Shown here piece by piece: positions 57,254 through 64,000 of a DNA stretch of 64,000 bases; within the stretch, counting starts at the first letter, position 1, and the number at the start of each line of letters is the position of its first letter. The stretch covers positions 21,767-85,766 of the forward strand of contig JAYSZB010000071.1 in assembly GCA_043727035.1 (NCBI GenBank), in the 5' to 3' direction. The notes beneath the pieces are model-generated. The model made no database searches, had not been told where the DNA came from, and saw only the letters and a list, made by a program, of their open reading frames with translations. The DNA is from Sphingomonas sp. (lineage in GTDB: Bacteria; Pseudomonadota; Alphaproteobacteria; Sphingomonadales; Sphingomonadaceae). Position numbers and translations under genes: made by a program.

Positions 57254-57343
57254 CTCCCCATCGACTTGCGATGGGGAGGTGGCAGTCGTCGGGCACCAAC
57301 GCCTGCGTTGGGGGACGCCAGAGGGGGCGACTGACGCAGCGGC
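57254..57343. repeat. REP-like repeat copy 3 with an expanded loop
   Basis: 31-bp identity CTCCCCATCGACTTGCGATGGGGAGGTGGCA, then GTC-insert-GAC TGACG; abuts the cysS stop. Confidence 0.85.
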
Positions 57344-57347
57344 CTCT

Positions 57348-58820
57348 TCAAATATCCAGCCGCCAGTCCCACCCCAGCGAATCGCCATCCATCACCTCGA
57401 CCCCCTGCGCGATCAACTGGTCCCGCAGCGCATCGGAGCGGGCGAAGTCCTTGTCGGCACGGGCAGCCTTGCGCTCGGCAAGTATGGCTTCGATTTCGGC
57501 TTCGATGATCGTTGCTGATTTGGGGCGGACGCGCAGGTCGGTGCGGGTGAGTGTGTCGAGGCCGAGTCCTAGGACGGCATCCATCTGCATGACGCTCTCG
57601 TAGCGAGTGGCGGGGTACTTGTTTTCATTGGCATCAACGCTGGCATCCAGATGTCCCAAGCCTCGCGCGGTATTCAGGTCTTCGGATACCGCGACGACAA
57701 ACTGATCAACGACCTCAGATTGTACATCCTCTTGATCTGGCAGCAGCCCTTCAGCCTGTTTCCTTAGCCTTTCCACCCCCATCACCAACCGCTTCAACCG
57801 GACAAATGCCGCCGCCAAGCCCTCCCACGAAAACTCCAGCTCAGACCGATAATGCGCCTGCAAGCACAGCATCCGGTACGCCAGCAGGTGAAACCCCTTG
57901 TCCACCAACAGTTGCAGCCGCAAAAACTCGCCCGAGGATTTCGACATCTTGCCCGAGCGCCCCTCGTCTTTTCTGGCGACCAGGAAATTATTGTGCATCC
58001 AGATGCGCGCGCCCGAATGCTCCGCGCAATCGAGCCCGCCGCAGCCGGTAATCGCCTGATTTTGCGCGATCTCATTCGGATGATGGATTTCGCGGTGGTC
58101 GATGCCACCGGTGTGGATATCGAACGGCAGGCCGAGCAGTTCGCGGCTCATCACGCTGCATTCGAGATGCCACCCCGGCGCGCCTTTGCCCCACGGCGAA
58201 TCCCACTCCATCTGCCGCGTCTCACCCGGCGGCGTCGTCCGCCAGATGGCAAAGTCCGCTGCATGGCGCTTGCCGTCCACCGCCTCGATTCGGCCTTCAC
58301 CATCCTCGGTCACCGCACGAGCCAACCGCCCGTAATCGGCGACGGTCGCGGTGTCGAAATACAGCCCGCCGTCGAGTTGATAGCAGTGCTTGTCGGCGAT
58401 CGACTCGGCGAAGGCGATCATCGCCTGGACATAGTCTGTGGCCCTGGGGTGCGCGGGCTTGCGGATATTGAGCCGCGCCAGATCGCGTTCAAAATCCTCC
58501 TGATAATGAGCAGCGATGTCCCACGCAGTCTTGCCAAGATTGGCTGCCATTTTCTCCATCTTGTCCTCGCCTTCATCGGCGTCGGACGTGAGATGGCCCA
58601 CATCGGTTATGTTGATGACGTGAGTAAGCTTGTAGCCCTTGAAGCTCAGCACCCGCCCCAGCGTATCGGCAAACACATAAGCGCGCATGTTGCCGATATG
58701 CTGATAGTTATACACCGTCGGCCCGCAGCTATAAACGCGCGCTTCCCCGGCATGGACAGGCACGAACGGCTCGACCTTGCGGGTCAGGCTATTGAACAGG
58801 CGTAAGGGCGCGTCGGTCAT
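57348..58820 (-). CDS. cysS: Cysteine--tRNA ligase
   Basis: YSCGPTVY, HIGN, NITDVGH, GAPGWHLECS, DIHTGG.DH...HH.NEIAQ, KMSKS, SD.LRD.L. Confidence 0.96.
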   Translation of the reverse strand: MTDAPLRLFNSLTRKVEPFVPVHAGEARVYSCGPTVYNYQHIGNMRAYVFADTLGRVLSFKGYKLTHVINITDVGHLTSDADEGEDKMEKMAANLGKTAWDIAAHYQEDFERDLARLNIRKPAHPRATDYVQAMIAFAESIADKHCYQLDGGLYFDTATVADYGRLARAVTEDGEGRIEAVDGKRHAADFAIWRTTPPGETRQMEWDSPWGKGAPGWHLECSVMSRELLGLPFDIHTGGIDHREIHHPNEIAQNQAITGCGGLDCAEHSGARIWMHNNFLVARKDEGRSGKMSKSSGEFLRLQLLVDKGFHLLAYRMLCLQAHYRSELEFSWEGLAAAFVRLKRLVMGVERLRKQAEGLLPDQEDVQSEVVDQFVVAVSEDLNTARGLGHLDASVDANENKYPATRYESVMQMDAVLGLGLDTLTRTDLRVRPKSATIIEAEIEAILAERKAARADKDFARSDALRDQLIAQGVEVMDGDSLGWDWRLDI

Positions 58821-58869
58821 TCCGCGCCCATGCGCAACGCATAGGCCCTCGTCAATCGGGCACTGCCTG

Positions 58870-59250
58870 TTAACTCCGGTCGATGACCCGCGCCGCCAGC
58901 ATCAGCAGCAGCACCGACACCGCCTCGGCGATCATCGATGTGCGCACCACATCGTCCATCGCATCGCCCAGCAGCACGCCAATTCCGCGCCCCACCAGCG
59001 CGCAAGCAAACAGCGCGGCGGGGACATGCAGCCACCCCGCCTTGCCAGGAGACAGCGCGCCGACCGCCGCCGCACCCGCCGAGACGAGGAAGAAGGCAGA
59101 CATATCCGCCCGCACCGTGTTGCGCGCGGCGCCCTCCAGCTCGGGCAGGCCGATAGCGGCATAGCTCGCCGGATCAATCAGCCCCATCACCCCGGTGTAG
59201 GCAAAAAACACCGCCCACAGCAGCACCAGCGCCTTCAAAATCAAGTTCAT
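58870..59250 (-). CDS. Small membrane protein (DUF4345-like)
   Basis: Four hydrophobic helices, NT.RAD..AFF, .GR.IG; GGAGCGAGAG RBS before ATG 59250. Confidence 0.6.
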   Translation of the reverse strand: MNLILKALVLLWAVFFAYTGVMGLIDPASYAAIGLPELEGAARNTVRADMSAFFLVSAGAAAVGALSPGKAGWLHVPAALFACALVGRGIGVLLGDAMDDVVRTSMIAEAVSVLLLMLAARVIDRS

Positions 59251-59266
59251 CTCTCGCTCCCCGATT

Positions 59267-59286
59267 ATAGTTGCAGCAACAACTAT
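59267..59286. promoter_or_regulatory. Inverted repeat ATAGTTG-N6-CAACTAT, candidate operator
   Basis: Perfect 7-bp arms 16 bp upstream of the 59250 ATG. Confidence 0.45.
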
Positions 59287-59435
59287 CCCGCTCGTCGTGC
59301 CAGCGCAACGGTTTGCCGCCGGGGACGATCGCAGAAAGCCGTCCGTTGCACGCCCGACCGTTACGCAACGGCAGATTCCCGCGCTCGCTGCATAGCCTTT
59401 CGCTGCGATGAATGGCGGATTTCCGCGCGGTTCAT

Positions 59436-59460
59436 GCAACTGCTGCGATTATCAGCCGTT
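59436..59460 (+). promoter_or_regulatory. Candidate EcfG/SigT promoter
   Basis: GCAAC-N16-CGTT, 38 bp before ATG 59499. Confidence 0.35.
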
Positions 59461-59498
59461 GCAGATTCATCGATTTTTGACCCCGAAAGGATGACACC

Positions 59499-59927
59499 AT
59501 GAAGAAACTGATGCTCACGCTGGCAGCCGCAACGCTGCTCGCCCCCACCATCCCGGCTTCCGCCGCAGGGTTTAGCGCACCGCAGTCGGCAGATCGCTAC
59601 AGCGTCGAGTACGGCACGATCGCGTATCATGATCGCGGACGTCGCGGCCATGGACATGGCAATGGCAATGGCCATGGCAATAGCCGGGGTCGTCATGACG
59701 ATCGCCGTTTGTCATCGAACGAGCGCATCTGGCAGGACGAGCAGGGTCGCTACCGTTGCCGCCGCAGCGACGGCACGGTCGGCCTGATCATCGGTGCCGC
59801 CGGCGGTGCCCTCGCCGGTCGCGCCATCGACACCCGCGGCGAACGCACCACCGGCACCATCCTCGGCGGGGTCGCAGGAGCGCTGCTCGGTCGCGAGATC
59901 GACCGCAGCCGCGCCCGCTGCCGCTAA
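59499..59927 (+). CDS. Glycine-zipper 2TM domain exported protein
   Basis: Signal peptide, His/Gly/Asn low-complexity linker, YRCRRSDGT.GLIIGAAGGALAG...GTILGG.AGALLGREIDR..ARCR. Confidence 0.85.
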   Translation: MKKLMLTLAAATLLAPTIPASAAGFSAPQSADRYSVEYGTIAYHDRGRRGHGHGNGNGHGNSRGRHDDRRLSSNERIWQDEQGRYRCRRSDGTVGLIIGAAGGALAGRAIDTRGERTTGTILGGVAGALLGREIDRSRARCR

Positions 59928-59942
59928 TCCCGATGGCTGAAT

Positions 59943-59981
59943 GAGAAAAGGCCGGAGCAGCAATGCTCCGGCCTTTTTCTC
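59943..59981. terminator. Bidirectional intrinsic terminator
   Basis: GAGAAAAGGCCGGAGCA-loop-TGCTCCGGCCTTTTTCTC. Confidence 0.88.
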
Positions 59982-60000
59982 GTTCCCGGCCGCTCCCCCC

Positions 60001-60028
60001 GCGCTCAGGCTGAGCTTGTCGAAGCCCC
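60001..60028. repeat. Solo REP arm of the CTTCGACAGGCTCAG family
   Basis: GCGCTCAGGCTGAGCTTGTCGAAGCCCC is the reverse complement of 9223-9250 with one mismatch. Confidence 0.8.
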
Positions 60029-60052
60029 CCCGACAGCCGCCAACCCGTCCTC

Positions 60053-63000
60053 TCAACTGCGCGCCAGCAACGTCCGCGCTTGGCCCGCCAGCTGCGCCAG
60101 CATCGCCGGCAATGGCTGCGGGCTCAATCGTGCCCGGTCGATGAAACTTCGATACTGACGTACCCGGCCATCGTTGCGCGCCAGCCAGTCGGTCACCGCT
60201 GCCTCGGGCTCGCCGCCCAACCGGGCGATCGTGTCGAGCCGCATCTGCTGGAAATCGCGCGCCAGCCCCGCGACCAGCAACCGCTCCCATGGATCGGATG
60301 GCGATAATTGCATCGCCGCCCCTTGCGCCCAATCGAGCCCCGTCGCCTGACCTAGCGCACTGAACGCCGCCGTCAGCTTGGTTGCGTCCGCGCCCGAGCG
60401 CTGAGACAGCGAGACGATGCCGACAGCACCATCGACCTCGGCGAGATGGACGATGGCGCGCGCCAGCGCGGGCGGCGTGCCCTTCTCCACCAGTCGCTGG
60501 GCAAAGCCATCGGTCTGTTCGCGCACCGCCGATCTGAGCAGGCGGTCGCTCTGCCGGTCGAGTTCGGCGATACCCGGCCCGAGATCGGCAACGCATTGCG
60601 CCAGATTGCGCCCGGCCACGCTGTTGCGGATCAGATCGGCCATATGCGCGCGTAGCTCGACCGCCACCTCGCCATAAAGCGACAGCCGCACGCCCTCGTC
60701 CATCGGTTCATCGTCGAGCCGCGCCCACAGCGACGGCATGTCGAACAGTTTTTCGGCAACGACGAATGCTTCGGCGACATCGGCGATGCCGACGCCTTCT
60801 TCCTCGGCCAGTTCGAACGGATGGATCAGGCCCATACGGTTGATCAGCCGGTTGGCGACCTTGGTGGCGACAATCTCGTTGCGCAGTTGATGCCCGAGGA
60901 TAGCCTCGCGGTGCGCCGCCACCATCTCGGCTGGAAACGCCGCGAGCACTTCGCCATCCATCAGCGGGTCGGCCCCCAGCTTCGCCTCCTCGGCCTCTGC
61001 CTGAATCGCCAGCTTGGCGGTCGACAGGATAATGGCGAGTTCGGGCCGGGTCAGCCCGCGCTGCTCCTGCCCGCGCCGCACCAGCACGTCATTGGGCGCC
61101 AGCCCCTCGACCTTGCGGTCGAGCTTGCCGTCGCTCTCGAACATTTCGATCAGCCGGATCATCGACGGCAGTGCCCTGGCCCCGCCCTGTTCGGCAATCG
61201 ACAGGCCCAGCGCCTGCAAGCGGTTATCCTCGAGCACCAGCGCCGCCACATCGTCGGTCATGGCGCGCAGCAGATCATTGCGCGGCTCCGCGCCCAGCCG
61301 ACCTTCGCGCACCTCGTCGTTCAGTGCGATCTTGATATTGACCTCATTGTCCGAACAATCGACGCCTGCCGAATTGTCGATGAAATCGGTGTTGATCCGC
61401 CCGCCGCGCAGCGAAAAGGCGATGCGCGCTGCCTGGGTAATCCCCAGATTGGCGCCCTCGCCAACGCTACGTACCCGCAATTGCTCGGCATCGACGCGCA
61501 GCCGGTCATTGGCCGGATCGCCGACCTCGGCATTATTCTCCGCCGCTGCCTTTACATAGGTGCCGATACCGCCGAACCACAACAGGTCGGCCGGGGCCTT
61601 GAGGATCGCCGACATCAGCGCCGCCGGGTCCATATGCTCGTCATCTACACCCAGCACCGCTCGCGCCTCGGGCGATAGCGGTATGACCTTCTGGCTGCGC
61701 GGGAACACCCCGCCGCCACTGGAAATCAGCGCCGCATCATAGTCCGCCCAGCTCGATCGCGGCAGCGCGAACAGCCGCGCCCGCTCGTCCCAGCTCGTCG
61801 CCGGATCGGGCGTGGGATCGATGAAAATATGGCGATGGTCGAACGCGGCGACGACCTTCAGCGTCTTCGACAGCAGCATGCCGTTGCCGAACACGTCGCC
61901 CGACATGTCGCCAACGCCGACTACCGAAATGCTGTCGCTTTGCACATCGATGCCCAGCTCGCGGAAATGCCGCTGCACCGACAGCCACGCCCCCTTGGCG
62001 GTGATGCCCATCGCCTTGTGATCATAGCCGTTGGACCCGCCGCTGGCGAAGGCGTCGCCCAGCCAGAAGTCGCGCTCCAATGCGATGCCGTTGGCGACAT
62101 CGGAGAAGGTCGCCGTGCCCTTGTCCGCCGCAACGACGAAATAGGGGTCCGGCCCGTCGCGCACGACGACATGCTTGGGATGCACCACCTTACCGGCAAT
62201 GCGGTTGTCGGTGATCGACAACAGGGTGCGGATGAAGATGCGATAGCATTCGGTGCCTTCGGCAAACCACGCGTCGCGGTCGCTGGCGGCATCGGGCAAT
62301 TGCTTGGGATAAAATCCGCCCTTGGCCCCGGTCGGCACGATCACGGCATTCTTGACCCGCTGCGCCTTCATCAGGCCTAGCACTTCGGTGCGGAAATCGT
62401 CGCGCCGGTCCGACCAGCGCAGGCCGCCGCGCGCCACCGGCCCGGCGCGCAGGTGGATGCCCTCGACACGCGGTGAATAAACGAAAATCTCGCGCCACGG
62501 CAGCGGCTTGGGCAGGCCCGGCACTTTCGCGCTGTCGATCTTGAACGCGAGCGCTTCAGCGGCGGCGGGGGCGAAGGCGTTGGTCCGCAGCGTCGCCTCG
62601 ATCACGCTGAGCATCAGACGCAATATGCGGTCCTCATCGATAGCGGCCACCGCATCGAGCCCGGTCAGGATGGCGGCGCGCTCAACCTCGGCCTTGGCGG
62701 CATCGGCATGTCTTGGCCGATGCAGCGCAGCGAACAGCGCCACCAGCCCGCGCGCGACGGCGGGGGCGTTGCGCAGCGCTTGCACCACCGTTCCCATCGA
62801 ATAGGCCACCCCGGTCTGGCGCAGATAACGGAACCAGGCGCGCAGCCAGATCACCGCCTCGGGCTCGATCCCGCTATTGACCACCAGCTGGTTGAACAGA
62901 TCGTTCTCGGACCTGACGCGCAACACATCGGCAATCGCGCTCTCGACCGTGGCGACACGGCCTGCATCGATCGCCGCACCGCCATCGGTCAGCTTCAGAT

Positions 63001-64000
63001 CGTGGATATAGCCGCCGGCTTCGCCCTCCAGCGCGGTCGGCATCTCCTCGAGTACGGTGAAGCCGAAATTCTCCAGCACCGGCACCAGCCGCGACAGCGG
63101 CAGTGCCCCGTCGCCACTATAGACTTTCAGCCTAAGGCCATCTTCACCGGCTTCGACTCCGGAGATCAGTCGCACATCGATGCGCCGCTCGTCGCCGATC
63201 TCGCGCAGTCGCAAAATATCCTGCGCTGCATCCTCTGGCGAATGGCTCAACCGATAGGCTTGCGGGAAAATAGACGCGAACCGGTGCGCCAGTGCATTGG
63301 CCCGCCCTTCGTCGCCGATCGCCGCCAGCGCCGCTTCGATCCCAGGTTCCCAGCCTCGCACCATCGCCTCCAGCTCGGCGTCGATGGTGGCGACATCGGG
63401 CACCACTCCGCCGTCGCGCAGATCGAGCGTGAAACGCAGCAACGCCGCGCCGCCTTCCTCCATCGATATGCTCCAGCTCAGCAGCCGGGCGTTGGCGCGG
63501 GTGGTCAGCAGCGCCTCGATCGCGGTCCGTCGACTGGTCGACACTTCGTCGCGCGGCAGCCAGACGAAGGCGAACAGATGCCGCTTCAACGGCGACATGA
63601 TCAGCCCCAGCTTGGGGCGTGGCCGGTCGGCAATCGACATCGCCGCCAGCGAAATCCCCTCCAGCTGCACGCTATCGGTCGCGATCAGCAGATCGTGCGG
63701 CAATTGGGTCAGCACATGCGCCAGCGCCTTGCCGGCATGGCCGCCCGCATCGAAACCGAATTTGCGCGCCAGCTCGGTCAGCGCGGTGCGCAGCATCGGC
63801 ACCCGCTCGGGCGCGGTCGCCAGCGCCGCACTGGTCCATAGCCCGGCATGGATCGACAGGCAGGTGACGCCGCCCGGCCCGTGCAGCGGCACGATGATCA
63901 GGTCGATCAGCACACGGCGGTGGACGGTGGCGGTGCGGTTCGATTTGACGATCAGCGGCACCCGCCCGCCACGCTCGAACCACTCGATCGCCGCCTGCAC
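60053..64000 (-). CDS. gdhB: Large NAD-specific glutamate dehydrogenase (5' part beyond window)
   Basis: GIHLRAG.VARGGLRWSDR..DFRTEVLGLMKAQ.VKNA.IVP.GAKGGF, VVAADKGTATFSD, SGGS.GYDHK, GEGANLG, IDNSAGVDCSD.EVNIKI. Confidence 0.95.
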   Translation of the reverse strand: MQAAIEWFERGGRVPLIVKSNRTATVHRRVLIDLIIVPLHGPGGVTCLSIHAGLWTSAALATAPERVPMLRTALTELARKFGFDAGGHAGKALAHVLTQLPHDLLIATDSVQLEGISLAAMSIADRPRPKLGLIMSPLKRHLFAFVWLPRDEVSTSRRTAIEALLTTRANARLLSWSISMEEGGAALLRFTLDLRDGGVVPDVATIDAELEAMVRGWEPGIEAALAAIGDEGRANALAHRFASIFPQAYRLSHSPEDAAQDILRLREIGDERRIDVRLISGVEAGEDGLRLKVYSGDGALPLSRLVPVLENFGFTVLEEMPTALEGEAGGYIHDLKLTDGGAAIDAGRVATVESAIADVLRVRSENDLFNQLVVNSGIEPEAVIWLRAWFRYLRQTGVAYSMGTVVQALRNAPAVARGLVALFAALHRPRHADAAKAEVERAAILTGLDAVAAIDEDRILRLMLSVIEATLRTNAFAPAAAEALAFKIDSAKVPGLPKPLPWREIFVYSPRVEGIHLRAGPVARGGLRWSDRRDDFRTEVLGLMKAQRVKNAVIVPTGAKGGFYPKQLPDAASDRDAWFAEGTECYRIFIRTLLSITDNRIAGKVVHPKHVVVRDGPDPYFVVAADKGTATFSDVANGIALERDFWLGDAFASGGSNGYDHKAMGITAKGAWLSVQRHFRELGIDVQSDSISVVGVGDMSGDVFGNGMLLSKTLKVVAAFDHRHIFIDPTPDPATSWDERARLFALPRSSWADYDAALISSGGGVFPRSQKVIPLSPEARAVLGVDDEHMDPAALMSAILKAPADLLWFGGIGTYVKAAAENNAEVGDPANDRLRVDAEQLRVRSVGEGANLGITQAARIAFSLRGGRINTDFIDNSAGVDCSDNEVNIKIALNDEVREGRLGAEPRNDLLRAMTDDVAALVLEDNRLQALGLSIAEQGGARALPSMIRLIEMFESDGKLDRKVEGLAPNDVLVRRGQEQRGLTRPELAIILSTAKLAIQAEAEEAKLGADPLMDGEVLAAFPAEMVAAHREAILGHQLRNEIVATKVANRLINRMGLIHPFELAEEEGVGIADVAEAFVVAEKLFDMPSLWARLDDEPMDEGVRLSLYGEVAVELRAHMADLIRNSVAGRNLAQCVADLGPGIAELDRQSDRLLRSAVREQTDGFAQRLVEKGTPPALARAIVHLAEVDGAVGIVSLSQRSGADATKLTAAFSALGQATGLDWAQGAAMQLSPSDPWERLLVAGLARDFQQMRLDTIARLGGEPEAAVTDWLARNDGRVRQYRSFIDRARLSPQPLPAMLAQLAGQARTLLARS

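Overview
High-GC alphaproteobacterial chromosome segment. Gene content and repeat families point to Sphingomonadaceae (inference). Core and cell-cycle genes: nudC, pgm, mipZ, panC, divK, rpmG, dps, lptCAB-rpoN, putA, cysS, a large NAD-GDH and tRNA-Thr(CGT). Three of the four genes of the ligase-associated DNA-damage module (ligase, exonuclease, Lhr-type helicase) are present but split; pdeM was not seen. A LacI-controlled beta-glucan utilisation locus (TBDR, GH16, GH3, MFS) also carries a flavin-dependent halogenase. A complete FNR-boxed cbb3 oxidase cluster is present (ccoNOQPGHIS, hemN, ompW, fnr). No CRISPR array, prophage or classical IS was seen. The most interesting signals are mostly non-coding: (1) a DUF559 endonuclease gene bracketed by long inverted REP-like repeats, a REPtron-like layout without a RAYT transposase, in a window with about five palindromic repeat families; (2) two perfect alphaproteobacterial LexA boxes, one before a stand-alone rhuM gene and one on an orphan promoter pointing antisense into divK; (3) a candidate two-hairpin anti-Shine-Dalgarno sRNA between nudC and pgm; (4) a His-less Hpt-like gene under tandem CtrA boxes; (5) three matching LacI operators that tie the halogenase to the glucan locus. 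All product calls come from motif recognition by eye; no database searches were run.
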